64,000 nt of DNA, taken from NCBI GenBank assembly GCA_039794085.1, contig JBDIWC010000006.1:32001-96000 (forward strand). The letters run 5' to 3'. How positions within the stretch are numbered: position 1 is the first letter of the stretch; each line of letters starts with the position of its first letter. The notes beneath the pieces are model-generated. The model was not told the origin of the DNA and made no database searches. It worked only from the letters and a program-made list of their open reading frames with translations. This stretch comes from Gemmatimonadales bacterium (GTDB lineage Bacteria > Gemmatimonadota > Gemmatimonadetes > Gemmatimonadales > GWC2-71-9). Positions 1-11,877 of the stretch are shown one piece after another. The position numbers and the translations under genes are program-made.

Positions 1-425
1 GCATCGAGATCCACGATCCAGTATGCCGGGATCCCGGAGCGTTGAAAGAGCCGTCTTTTGGTGACACGGTCGTTCCGGGCCGGGGAGGGGGAGAGGACTT
101 CGACCATCAGAAGGGGAATATGCACATCTGACCAGTCCCGGGGCGGAGTGCCCTCCCTTCGTGGCACCACGAAGACATCGGGCTGCACCAGGTGACCCGC
201 GTCCAGATCCAGATCGGCGGGGGCAAACAGGACGAGCCCCAGGTGATGGGCAACGACGTGGGAATCGAGATACCGAACGAGCGCCGCCACCGCGATCTGG
301 TGAAGCGGCCGCGGGCTCGGACTCACAAGGAGCTCGCCGTCCACGAGTTCGTAGCGGTTTCCGTCGTCGGGGAGGGCGAGCACCTCCTCCCGGGTCCAGT
401 GGCGGGCCACAGCAGGCATACCCAT
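1..425 (-). CDS. Uma2 (DUF820) family PD-(D/E)xK endonuclease, 3' end runs off the window
   Basis: Not in the ORF track. Manual translation gives [39 protein letters not shown]...QPDVFVV...PLLMVEVLSPSPARNDRVTKRRLFQRSGIPAYWIVDLD, a close paralog of 5403..5963. The true start may be the second ATG at 419. Confidence 0.9.
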   Translation of the reverse strand, partial: MGMPAVARHWTREEVLALPDDGNRYELVDGELLVSPSPRPLHQIAVAALVRYLDSHVVAHHLGLVLFAPADLDLDAGHLVQPDVFVVPRREGTPPRDWSDVHIPLLMVEVLSPSPARNDRVTKRRLFQRSGIPAYWIVDLD

Positions 426-602
426 AGGTTACGCTCGGCGACTGAGAGGAGGCAAGTCCGAAGGATGCGGGCCGGATCAATCCATCGAGGTCCTGGGACA
501 GTCCCACCCACCGGGGAGGGTGGCGCGCTCCTCCTGTCTCCCACATTCTTCTGTCCCGGACACCCATGTCCCGCTCACCAACCAGAGAACCCGGCAGCCC
601 GC

Positions 603-2687
603 ATGGTCACATCTCCACCCCACCCCGTCTACAGCGACACCGACGCCGAGGCCATGCTCTCCCGGTGGTCACCCCGATGGGGCGAGGACCTGGCTCTTCG
701 GGTCTACACTTCACGACTCCTGGGTGGTGACCCTTCCCTGGTGCTCCATGGCGGCGGCAACACGTCCGTCAAGACCGTCGTGCGGGACCTGGCGGGGGAA
801 CCGGTCGACGTGTTGTACGTCAAGGGCAGCGGGTCGGACCTGTCGGCCATCGGCCCCGAGGGCTTTCCGGCCTGCCGTCTCGGTCCCCTCCTCCGGTACT
901 GCCAGCTCTCCTCCCTGACCGACGAAGAGATGGTGGCGGGACTGAGGAGCCAGATGCTCGACCCGGGAAGCCCGACCCCCAGTGTCGAGGCCCTGCTGCA
1001 CGCGCTCCTCCCCGGCCGGTTCGTGGACCACACGCACGCGGATGCGGTCCTGGCGGTGCAGGATCAACCGAACGCCCGGGACCTGGCGGAGCAGATCTGG
1101 GGGCCGTCCTTTCTCTTCATCCCCTACGTCATGCCCGGCTTCGTGCTGGCGCGGCGCGTGGCGGACCTCGCCTCATCCTTCGACGGGATCCAGGGGCTGA
1201 TTCTGGAACAGCACGGGATCTTCACGTGGGGTGACACCGCGCGCGAGAGCTACGAACGGATGATCGCGGGAGTCGTGGCCGCGGAGAAATGGCGCACTGC
1301 TTCGCGTCCCCCCACGGTCATGCCGACCACCACCGTTCCTGATCCTGCGGCACGACACGCGACCCAACGGTATCTTGCCCCCCTGGTCCGGGGAGTGCTG
1401 GCCACCCATGCCCAGGGAAGACATTTCATCACGACGTGGCGGGACGACCCCGCGATTCTCGCCCTGGCCAACCGGCCTGACGGTCCCGATCTCACCGCCC
1501 GGGGAACGGTCACTCCGGATCATGTGATCCGCACCAAGCCTCGCCCCCTCTGGCTTCCTCCCCCCGAGGGCGACGCCCCGCCTCCTCGAGCTCTCATCGA
1601 GAGTGCCGTGGCGGAGTATGCCGACTGGTATCGGGAGTACTGTGCCCGCGGCATGTCGCGGGCGGGCCGCCCTCTCACCCCGCTCGATCCCCTTCCGCGA
1701 GTGATTCTGGTGCCCGGGCTCGGCGCCCTGACCGTCGGGCGCACGGTCACCGACGCGCTGGTGGCCGGAGACATCTTCACCCGTGCCGCGGCGGTGATGC
1801 AGGAGGCCGAAGGCGTGGGACGGTATCACCCGGTGAGTGAGACCGACCTCTTCGACGTGGAGTACTGGAGTCTGGAACAGGCCAAACTGGCCCGGGGAGT
1901 GCAGGAGGGGCCGCTGGCAGGACGCATCGCTCTGGTGACCGGTACCGCCGCCGGCATCGGGCGTGCGACCGCGGAACACCTCCTCGTCCTCGGTGCCCAC
2001 GTGCTGCTGACCGACAGGGACCCGACGGCTCTGGGGGACACGGCCGACACCCTTCGGAACCGACACGGCCGCCGGGTGGCCGCCGCCCCATGCGACGTCA
2101 CCGACCGCGGGGCAGTCTCCCGTGCCGTGGAGATCGCCATCGACACGTTCGGCGGAGTGGACATTCTCGTCTCCAATGCGGGGACCGCGCCCTCCGGGTT
2201 GCTCCACACGCCACCGGGGGAGACGGCGCTCGAACACTCGCTGGACATCAATCTCCTGGGCCACCAACGAGTGGCGCATGCCGTGGCCCGTGTGCTGCTC
2301 GCCCAGGGGTGCGGAGGCTGCCTCCTCTTCAACGCGTCGAAGAGTGCCGTCAACCAGGGTCCCGAGTTCGGACCCTACGCGATTCCGAAGGCGGGAGTGC
2401 TGGCCCTCATGCGGCAGTATGCGGTTGATCTGGGCCCCCATCGAATCCGATCCAACGCCGTCAACGCCGATCGGATCCGCACCGGCCTCTTTGGAGACGG
2501 GGTGCTCGAGGCACGGGCCCGGGCTCGGGGCGTGTCCCCCGAGGACTACTTCCAGCAGAATCTCCTCCGCCGCGAGACCACCGCGCGGGATGTGGCCGAG
2601 GCGTTTGGATGGCTTGCCACGGCGGAGGCCACGACGGGGTGTTTTGTGACGGTGGACGGGGGCAACGCGGCGGCCTTTCCGCGGTGA
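603..2687 (+). CDS. Bifunctional class II aldolase / short-chain dehydrogenase (RhaD/RhaEW-like)
   Basis: N-half has LVLHGGGNTSVK, VKGSG, PSVEALLHA, VDHTHAD and TPDHVIRTK. C-half is an SDR with TGTAAGIG, NAG and YAIPK. ATG at 603; the ORF-track extension to 192 is antisense to the Uma2 gene. Confidence 0.88.
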   Translation: MVTSPPHPVYSDTDAEAMLSRWSPRWGEDLALRVYTSRLLGGDPSLVLHGGGNTSVKTVVRDLAGEPVDVLYVKGSGSDLSAIGPEGFPACRLGPLLRYCQLSSLTDEEMVAGLRSQMLDPGSPTPSVEALLHALLPGRFVDHTHADAVLAVQDQPNARDLAEQIWGPSFLFIPYVMPGFVLARRVADLASSFDGIQGLILEQHGIFTWGDTARESYERMIAGVVAAEKWRTASRPPTVMPTTTVPDPAARHATQRYLAPLVRGVLATHAQGRHFITTWRDDPAILALANRPDGPDLTARGTVTPDHVIRTKPRPLWLPPPEGDAPPPRALIESAVAEYADWYREYCARGMSRAGRPLTPLDPLPRVILVPGLGALTVGRTVTDALVAGDIFTRAAAVMQEAEGVGRYHPVSETDLFDVEYWSLEQAKLARGVQEGPLAGRIALVTGTAAGIGRATAEHLLVLGAHVLLTDRDPTALGDTADTLRNRHGRRVAAAPCDVTDRGAVSRAVEIAIDTFGGVDILVSNAGTAPSGLLHTPPGETALEHSLDINLLGHQRVAHAVARVLLAQGCGGCLLFNASKSAVNQGPEFGPYAIPKAGVLALMRQYAVDLGPHRIRSNAVNADRIRTGLFGDGVLEARARARGVSPEDYFQQNLLRRETTARDVAEAFGWLATAEATTGCFVTVDGGNAAAFPR

Positions 2688-3441
2688 CCTTGGCGATTCG
2701 TGTCCGGCGCGGCCTCTTTTGCCACCGGAGTCCATAGATCGTGACGCCCGGCACCAGCACCACACGGCGCTGAAAGGGAGCGAACCCCGGGCGTACCAGA
2801 AACACGCCGAGCTCCGGCGCCAGGCCTCGGTCCATGCCTCCAAGGCGAAGGCCCAGAAACGCGCCAACCGCTTGCATCGTGCGGGATTCTCGTGTTGCAC
2901 CCGAGAAGACTCGTTCCAGGCCCAGGGGTCTGTTGCCCGCGCCGCTGAGCAGAGCTCGCACCCCCCCGTAGGGGGTCACGCTCCCCCTCTCCGATCCCGA
3001 CACCGTGACCGTGGCCCCGGCATGGGGCTTCCCCTCGAACGTCACACCCACGGCCCCCTCGACCGCCGCGGCAAGGCCCTGAATCCCCTCTCCCATCACC
3101 TGCCGGCGCACCGAGACGATCAGGGCGGACGGAAGGCGCACGCCGATGTCGGTCCGGGCATCGATCGGCCAGCGCACGGCCACTTCGGGCCACGGGAAGG
3201 GGGCGGAGATGCTGTCCCTCAGGAATGCCGCGGGGGAAAGCCCGGAGATGGTGATGCTGCGTTGGACTGTCCCCTGTGGCACTGGCCGTGCCGTGAGGCC
3301 GGAGGTATAGGGCATGCACCCCGTACCCGCCAGCAGATCGAGGAACCACCAAGCCCATGTCCCTCGACCGGACAGGTGGATTGAGCGCCATCGGCTCCGG
3401 GCTCCCCGCCTCGCTCCCGGCTTCCTGGGAATGGACTCCAT
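2461..3441 (-). CDS. Hypothetical protein, possible lipoprotein / outer-membrane beta-strand protein; C-terminus may be read-through
   Basis: AGTGC lipobox-like site and alternating beta-strand patterns (TDIGVRL, VTPYGGVRA, LAPELGVF). The last ~75 codons overlap the convergent aldolase/SDR gene. Confidence 0.5.
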   Translation of the reverse strand: MESIPRKPGARRGARSRWRSIHLSGRGTWAWWFLDLLAGTGCMPYTSGLTARPVPQGTVQRSITISGLSPAAFLRDSISAPFPWPEVAVRWPIDARTDIGVRLPSALIVSVRRQVMGEGIQGLAAAVEGAVGVTFEGKPHAGATVTVSGSERGSVTPYGGVRALLSGAGNRPLGLERVFSGATRESRTMQAVGAFLGLRLGGMDRGLAPELGVFLVRPGFAPFQRRVVLVPGVTIYGLRWQKRPRRTRIAKVTAERPPRCPRPPSQNTPSWPPPWQAIQTPRPHPARWSRGGGDSAGSSPRGTRPEPGPVPRAPRLQRGRCGSDRR

Positions 3442-3553
3442 GCCCCAAGCTGCGGGTCATCCCCTCCCCGGTCGGTGACGCACGTCACGTACCGCGAGGA
3501 GTGCCCCCACCAGTGACTCAGGAAGCTCTGATCTGACGCGGCCACCACAGATC

Positions 3554-3952
3554 GTCATTCCCGCCACGCGGGAATCCATTTTTGACTCGTCAGGCATTGG
3601 CATGGGTTCATGGCCAGCCGGAGCACCTCTCCCTACCCCAGAGTCAACCACAAGAAGCACAAAAGACACAAAACCTTTCGTGCCCCTTGGTAGGCCTCTC
3701 CGCGCAGAGGGGCCTGCCTCTTGTGACTTCTGTGCCTCTTGTGGCCATTCCTCTCGCGCCGCGTGACCATCCGGAGCCCATGCAGAGTCCCCGGAATCCA
3801 GGGGCGTCCCCTCGCCGTGCGAACAACGCCCGATCGAGGTGTCGTTCACCCCCGCGACACCCTGAAGAGCGCCCTGTTCTCCTTATTCCTCATTCCTCGT
3901 TGGCACGGATCCCGTCTCCCACTTTCGCAGGGACAAGCTTCGCGGGAATGAC
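3554..3952. repeat. Inverted pair of GTCATTCCCGC palindromic repeats (RPE-4/dRS3-like) enclosing a second inverted repeat
   Basis: GTCATTCCCGCCACGCGGGAATCCA at 3554-3578 and GGATCCCG...CTTCGCGGGAATGAC at 3907-3952. Inner imperfect IR at 3648-3673 / 3719-3744. Confidence 0.7.
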
Positions 3953-3975
3953 AATTGATCAGAGGATTCTCCTTA

Positions 3976-5298
3976 TTAATAGTCTTCGGTCGGGCGCCGG
4001 CGGAGACGGTAGATCACCGCACCAATCACCAGTGCGATCCCTCCCGCCACCAGGTTGGCCCCGGTGGTGCTGGACAGAAAGGTGAGGCTCACCAGGAGCG
4101 CGGCCACCGGAATGGTGGGGCCGCCGGGAAGTCGCAGGGCCCCCGGGCGGTGCCCGAAACGCTTCCGCAGGACCGGCACCGCCGCGGCGGTCCCGATATA
4201 GGTGGTGAGCCGGGCGATGATAGAGAGCATGGCGAGTTGAACGAAGGAGCCGGACAGGGCCAGCACCAGGGCGATTCCGGTCTGGGCGATGATGGCGTTG
4301 GCCGGCGTGCGATAGCGCGGATGCACGGCGGCAAAGAGCCGGGGCCCGTACCCGTCGGTGGCGAGGGCGAAGAGATACCGTGGGCCGATCAGGATGGTGT
4401 TGCTGATGTTGCCCAGAATGGAGATCACCGCCCCCACCGTGAGGAAGAGCGCGGCCCAGCTCCCGGCAAACTGGCCCGCCGACTCGGCGAGCGGCGAGGG
4501 GGAGTCCGCCAGACCCGGCAGTGTGCCGAGCGCCACCACCTGCACCAGGGTGTAGAGCACCGTGATGATGACGATCATCGTGAGCATGGCGAACGGAACG
4601 TCCCGGCGGGGATTCCGGTATTCGCCCGCCGCCGCGGGAGCATTCTCGAAGCCGGCATAGGCGAAGAGGAGGAGGAGGGCGGCCTCGCCCAGGACTCCGG
4701 GCCGGGGAGCCTCCAGAGCCGTGACCAGCGACCAATCGACGAAGAAGAGCCCCACCACGACGAAGAACACCAGGGGGACCATCTTGATGACCACCAGGGC
4801 CACCGCGGTGCGAGCCCCGGAGCGCACCCCCACCACGTTGATCCACGCCAGCAGCGCCAGCGACCCTGTGATCAGGACGACCCGGAGGATCCCCTCATCT
4901 GCGGCGGGCCAGAGGAAGGCGAGCGCCAGCGAGAACCCGTTGGCCAGGGACGCCACCGACGCGATGCGCGCCAGCCAGGTCATCCATCCGACTTCGAATC
5001 CGACGAACGCCCCGAATGCCTCGCGAGTGTAGAGGTACGCCCCACCGGGCCCGTCGAAGTGGGTGGCGACCTCGGCGAAACAGAGCACCAGAAGCGCCAC
5101 CGCGAGGCCAGCCAGGATCACCGCCCAGGTGCTCGCGGCCCCCAGAAGCAACGCGGCGGCGGCCGGCAGGAGATAGACGCCGCTTCCGATCACATCGTTG
5201 ATCGAGAGCCCCACGAGCTGCCATCGGGACACGGCCCTGATCAATTGGGGTGGCGATGCCCCCGGATCTGCATTCGTCTGGTCCATTCCCGGATTCAC
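3976..5298 (-). CDS. APC-family amino acid permease
   Basis: About 12 hydrophobic segments, with IGSGVYLLP, FAEV..GGAYLY, FAYAGFE and RYRTP motifs. Confidence 0.92.
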   Translation of the reverse strand: MNPGMDQTNADPGASPPQLIRAVSRWQLVGLSINDVIGSGVYLLPAAAALLLGAASTWAVILAGLAVALLVLCFAEVATHFDGPGGAYLYTREAFGAFVGFEVGWMTWLARIASVASLANGFSLALAFLWPAADEGILRVVLITGSLALLAWINVVGVRSGARTAVALVVIKMVPLVFFVVVGLFFVDWSLVTALEAPRPGVLGEAALLLLFAYAGFENAPAAAGEYRNPRRDVPFAMLTMIVIITVLYTLVQVVALGTLPGLADSPSPLAESAGQFAGSWAALFLTVGAVISILGNISNTILIGPRYLFALATDGYGPRLFAAVHPRYRTPANAIIAQTGIALVLALSGSFVQLAMLSIIARLTTYIGTAAAVPVLRKRFGHRPGALRLPGGPTIPVAALLVSLTFLSSTTGANLVAGGIALVIGAVIYRLRRRPTEDY

Positions 5299-5402
5299 GA
5301 TTCGACCTCACAGGCGCGGGGGAAGCACGGGGGGCACCCAGGGAGGGCCCCGGAAGGGAGATGAGCCACGGCGCCCCCCTGCCCAGTGGACAAGGGGTCC
5401 GG

Positions 5403-7550
<2,148 letters not shown>

Positions 7551-7640
7551 CGATTTCCTTGCTCAACGGGCTTCCGATCCCGATATTGGGGGTCACCCAC
7601 TGACACGACGAAGTCCTCTCCATTCGCCGGGGACACCGAC

Positions 7641-9623
7641 ATGGTTCGCCTTCTGGAAGCGCTCGCCAGCCTTGTCATCCTCACGGTCCTGCTCGCGCTG
7701 GGATTGCGGGTGCAGCACGATGGCACACTCCCGGTGCCTGGCATCGGAGATCTGCCATCCGTTCTGATCCTTCCGGTGCTCGTCGCGCTTGCCATCCTGA
7801 TCGTGGTGATCACGGGGCATCGCTGGAGGCGACGGGCCCCCGCCGGGGTGTACACCGTCTTGTTGGTCCTCCCGCTCGCCGTCGGAGGCGCGGTCCGCGG
7901 ATGGAAGACCTGGACCCAGGTACGCGATCGCATACGGGTCGACGATGGGTATCCCCATTTTTTCACCCGGGCGAAGACCGAGTTGGAGAATCACGAATTC
8001 GCTCTGCGTCTCCTCGCCGCCGCAATCGGCGACCACACACTCGCGACCGGGGAACCCCCTTCCGATCCTGCTCAGGTCATGGTACCGGCGGAATGGCCTC
8101 TGCCCGAGGGATTCCGATTCGGGATCGTGGCCGAGGGCGATCGAACTGTCGCTGTCTGGTCGAACCGCAACGGCACAACCTGCCAGATCGGTCTCGGACC
8201 CCATTGGCAGCACGCGAGTCCAGGTTTCGGATTCACCTGTCATCCCTTTGACTCCGCGCGACCGACGTCCTGGGGCGATGTCCAACGCGAACCGGCCTTC
8301 GAGAGGACCGACACCTTTGCGAAGTTTCCTTTCTCCCCTTGGCCGCAATACCGTCTCGACCCCCTGCGGACCGCCACAGTCACTGGCAGCTCTCCCTCCC
8401 TCCCCCCTCCTCTCTGGTATGTCACGATCGGGGGTCCGGCACGGGCGAGCCCAAGCGTGTCAGGTCCCCTCGTCCTCATCGGAACCCACGGCACCGGGGT
8501 CCTGGAGGCCCACGACCAACAGACGGGTGACCTCGTGTGGCGAGTCCGCGAGCCCAATTGGATTCACCAGGACGCGGTCTCGGATGGCCAGAGGGTTTTC
8601 GTGGGCTTCGGCGACAACGCCAAATCCTTCGAGAGCACTGCGCCATCGGGTATCGCTGCTCATGATGTGCGGACGGGCAGACGAACCTGGACCCGGTTCG
8701 TGGACAACTCGGTCATGACCTCCCCTGTGTTGACGGGGTCCCTCGTGGTCTTCGGGTCAGCGAAGGGAGATTTTTGGGGCCTCGACAAGGCCACTGGCCA
8801 ACCCCGATGGGAGGTTCACCTCCCGGGTAACCTGGTCATGGGCCCTCCTCTGCTCATGGGGGACACCGTGGTCGTCCCCCTCGATCCCCGGGGTATGTGC
8901 GCGCTTCTCGCCTCGACGGGAGAGACCCTCTGGTGCACCAAGCTCCCTCGCGTCGGCCTTCGCCTCGGACACATCTCGCCAGCGGTGGCGATGAATCGTG
9001 TCTACGGAACCTTCGGTGTTTACCCCTCCTCGGTTGGCGAAATGCTCTGGGAGTACCGCCAGAGTTCCCTTTCCATGCTGTGGTCGTTGATGACGACCGG
9101 TGTGGATCCTGTCGAGACCCATCAAGTAACCTTCGCTCTGTCTTTGCCCACCGGAGCGCTCCTGTGGCAAAGCTCCCTGGACGAGAGCCGGTGCTGTAAA
9201 GAAGCGGGCCAAGGTGGTCATATGTCCGGTACCCCCGTTCCGGTGGTCGAGGACTCCACGCTGCTTGTCGTCGATCCCATCTCGAACCGCCTCTACCGCC
9301 TCGATGCAATGACCGGGGCCCGCCTCGCCACGAGTGCACCGTTGGGGCTGTACCCGAGAGGCCCAGCGTTGGTGGTTGACACCACGGTGATCGCCGCTGA
9401 CCGAAATGGAATCCTTCACGTTCTCGACCGGGACACCTTGCGGGAGCGTTGTCCCATCCCCCTCGGCGAGCCCTTTGACCGCACCGGGCCAACCCTCGCA
9501 AACGGGGCACTCATCCTTGCCGGACGGGCTGGAGGACTCTATTCCATCCCCCTGAACGACGTCCTCCGCTGCGACCCGACCCTGCCCGACCGCATCGCCC
9601 GGTTGAGGGAGGCCGGGACCTGA
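7641..9623 (+). CDS. Membrane-anchored PQQ-like (BamB-type) beta-propeller repeat protein
   Basis: Three N-terminal hydrophobic segments, then repeated A.D..TG...W blades (AHDQQTGDLVW, AHDVRTGRRTW, GLDKATGQPRW, ASTGETLW, LPTGALLW). Confidence 0.75.
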   Translation: MVRLLEALASLVILTVLLALGLRVQHDGTLPVPGIGDLPSVLILPVLVALAILIVVITGHRWRRRAPAGVYTVLLVLPLAVGGAVRGWKTWTQVRDRIRVDDGYPHFFTRAKTELENHEFALRLLAAAIGDHTLATGEPPSDPAQVMVPAEWPLPEGFRFGIVAEGDRTVAVWSNRNGTTCQIGLGPHWQHASPGFGFTCHPFDSARPTSWGDVQREPAFERTDTFAKFPFSPWPQYRLDPLRTATVTGSSPSLPPPLWYVTIGGPARASPSVSGPLVLIGTHGTGVLEAHDQQTGDLVWRVREPNWIHQDAVSDGQRVFVGFGDNAKSFESTAPSGIAAHDVRTGRRTWTRFVDNSVMTSPVLTGSLVVFGSAKGDFWGLDKATGQPRWEVHLPGNLVMGPPLLMGDTVVVPLDPRGMCALLASTGETLWCTKLPRVGLRLGHISPAVAMNRVYGTFGVYPSSVGEMLWEYRQSSLSMLWSLMTTGVDPVETHQVTFALSLPTGALLWQSSLDESRCCKEAGQGGHMSGTPVPVVEDSTLLVVDPISNRLYRLDAMTGARLATSAPLGLYPRGPALVVDTTVIAADRNGILHVLDRDTLRERCPIPLGEPFDRTGPTLANGALILAGRAGGLYSIPLNDVLRCDPTLPDRIARLREAGT

Positions 9624-9711
9624 CCCGCCTCCAAACCACTCCCCGACACCTCCGAACGGGATACCCCACACCCACACTCTTGCCGATTACTGCCATTTTG
9701 GCGCCTTTCTT

Positions 9712-9727
9712 CGGTACAGCCGTTGCT
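9712..9727 (+). promoter_or_regulatory. Putative sigma54 (-24/-12) promoter of dnaK
   Basis: CGGTACAGCCGTTGCT: GG at 9713-9714 and GC at 9725-9726 with the exact 10-nt spacing, matching TGGCAC-N5-TTGCW. Confidence 0.5.
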
Positions 9728-9814
9728 TGGAAGACACTCCAGTACGCCGCAGGTGGGCGCACATCATGGATGTTGGAGTTATAACTACTTACATTTCAAC
9801 GGATTGAGAGAGAA

Positions 9815-11737
9815 ATGGCCTCCAAAATCATCGGTATCGACCTGGGTACCACCAACTCGGTCGTCGCAGTCATGGAGGGTGGGGACCCGGTCGTCATCCC
9901 GAACGCCGAGGGAGGCCGGACCACGCCATCCGTGGTGGCGTTCACCAAGGATGGTGAGCGCCTCGTGGGCCAGGTGGCCAAGCGTCAGGCCGTCACCAAC
10001 CCGGCGCAGACGATCTTTTCCATCAAGCGGTTCATGGGTCGCATGATGGGGGAGATCACCCAGGAGGTGAGCCGGGTGCCCTACAAGGTGAGCGCGGCGA
10101 AGGGCAGTCTGGCGGCGGTGGAGATCGCCGGCAAGTCCTACACCCCCCCCGAAATCTCCGCCATGATCCTGCAGAAGATGAAGCAGACGGCGGAGGACTA
10201 TCTCGGCACGACGGTGGACAAGGCCGTCATCACCGTTCCCGCGTATTTCAACGACGCCCAGCGCCAGGCCACGAAGGATGCCGGGAAGATCGCGGGACTC
10301 GAGGTGCTCCGGATCATCAACGAGCCGACCGCCGCGGCCCTGGCCTATGGCCTGGATCGCAAGAAAGAGGAGAAGATCGCGGTGTTCGACCTCGGGGGCG
10401 GCACCTATGACATCTCGATCCTGGAACTCGCCGAGGGGGTCTTCGAGGTGAAGAGCACCAATGGAGACACCCACCTCGGGGGAGACGATTTCGACCAGCG
10501 CCTCATCGACTGGCTGGTGGCCGAATTCAAGAAGGACCAGGGGATCGATCTCTCCAAGGACGCCATGGCCCTGCAGCGACTCAAGGAGGCGGCCGAAAAG
10601 GCGAAGATGGAGCTGTCGAGCACCCAGCAGACCGACATCAACCTCCCCTTCATCACGGCCGATCAATCGGGACCGAAGCACCTGAATCTGACCCTCACCC
10701 GGGCCAAGTTCGAGCAGCTGGTCGAGGATCTGGTCCAGCGGACCATCCCGCCGATGGAGAAGGCGCTCAAGGATGCGGGGCTCAAGACCAGCGACATCGA
10801 CGAAGTGATCCTGGTCGGTGGCTCCACCCGGATTCCGAAGATCCAGGAGATCGTCAAGACCTTCTTCGGGAAGGAGCCGAACCGGTCGGTGAACCCCGAC
10901 GAAGTTGTGGCCATTGGCGCCGCCATCCAGGGGGGCGTCCTGGGTGGAGAGGTGAAGGACGTGCTGTTGCTCGACGTGACCCCGCTTTCGCTTGGCATCG
11001 AGACTCTGGGGGGGGTGACCACCGTCCTGATTCCCCGCAACACTACGATTCCGACCAAGAAGTCGGAGACGTTCTCGACCGCGGAGGACAATCAGACCAC
11101 GGTGGAGATCCACGTCCTTCAGGGTGAACGCCAGATGGCGGTGGACAACCGGACCATCGGCAAGTTCCAGCTGACCGGCATTCCACCCGCCCCGCGCGGC
11201 ATGCCGCAGGTGGAGGTGACGTTCGACCTCGATGCCAACGGCATCCTGCACGTGTCCGCCAAGGACAAGGCGACGGGCAAGGAGCAGAAGATCCGGATCG
11301 AGGCCTCCAGCGGGCTCTCCGACGCCGACATCGACAAGATGGTGAAGGCGGCGGAGGCGAACCAGGCCGAGGACAAGGAACGCCGGGACCAGATCGAGGC
11401 GCGCAACCAGCTCGATGGCTTGGTGTACCGGGTGGAGAAGGACAGCAAGGAGTGGGTGGAGCGCCTGACTCCCGAGGTGAAGGGTCGCCTCGATGCGGCA
11501 CTCGAGAGTGGCAAGAGTGCCCTTCGGACCGGGGAGACCGCGGGAATCCGGACCGCCCTGGACGAGTTGAACGCAGCCTACTCCGCGGCCGGGGCGTCGT
11601 TGTACGAAGCGTCGACGGCGACCGGGGGTGATGGGGAGGCGCCGTCGGCGGACGCGGGCCCCGCCGGGGGCGAGGCGTCCCAGGAGGATGTCGTCGAGGC
11701 GGATTACGAGATCGTGGACGAGAAGAAGCCGTCCTGA
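9815..11737 (+). CDS. dnaK: Molecular chaperone DnaK (Hsp70)
   Basis: [37 protein letters not shown] and [11 protein letters not shown]. Confidence 0.99.
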   Translation: MASKIIGIDLGTTNSVVAVMEGGDPVVIPNAEGGRTTPSVVAFTKDGERLVGQVAKRQAVTNPAQTIFSIKRFMGRMMGEITQEVSRVPYKVSAAKGSLAAVEIAGKSYTPPEISAMILQKMKQTAEDYLGTTVDKAVITVPAYFNDAQRQATKDAGKIAGLEVLRIINEPTAAALAYGLDRKKEEKIAVFDLGGGTYDISILELAEGVFEVKSTNGDTHLGGDDFDQRLIDWLVAEFKKDQGIDLSKDAMALQRLKEAAEKAKMELSSTQQTDINLPFITADQSGPKHLNLTLTRAKFEQLVEDLVQRTIPPMEKALKDAGLKTSDIDEVILVGGSTRIPKIQEIVKTFFGKEPNRSVNPDEVVAIGAAIQGGVLGGEVKDVLLLDVTPLSLGIETLGGVTTVLIPRNTTIPTKKSETFSTAEDNQTTVEIHVLQGERQMAVDNRTIGKFQLTGIPPAPRGMPQVEVTFDLDANGILHVSAKDKATGKEQKIRIEASSGLSDADIDKMVKAAEANQAEDKERRDQIEARNQLDGLVYRVEKDSKEWVERLTPEVKGRLDAALESGKSALRTGETAGIRTALDELNAAYSAAGASLYEASTATGGDGEAPSADAGPAGGEASQEDVVEADYEIVDEKKPS

Positions 11738-11787
11738 CGCACCGACCGAGGCGACGCTTGCCGGTCGCCGGGCATCTGAAGGTCTGG

Positions 11788-11826
11788 GAACAACCTCCGG
11801 CCCGAATCCTTCCCCGGGGGTTGTTC
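11788..11826 (+). terminator. Stem-loop after dnaK (possible terminator or stabiliser)
   Basis: GAACAACCTCCGG ... CCGGGGGTTGTTC inverted repeat; no clear U-tract. Confidence 0.35.
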
Positions 11827-11877
11827 GTCAGGGTAGTATTGTAAGGGATTGCGGTCTTCATTCAGCAGGCAGGTACT

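Noticed and set aside
78..95. Possible frameshift in the G-run of the first Uma2 gene
   Set aside because: Careful reverse translation stays in frame (EVLSPSPARNDRVTK).
192..602. N-terminal extension of the 831-aa ORF (and likewise 5787-6161 of the 587-aa ORF), which share odd similar sequence
   Set aside because: The similarity arises because both are antisense readings of the two Uma2 paralogs. The real genes start at 603 and 6162.
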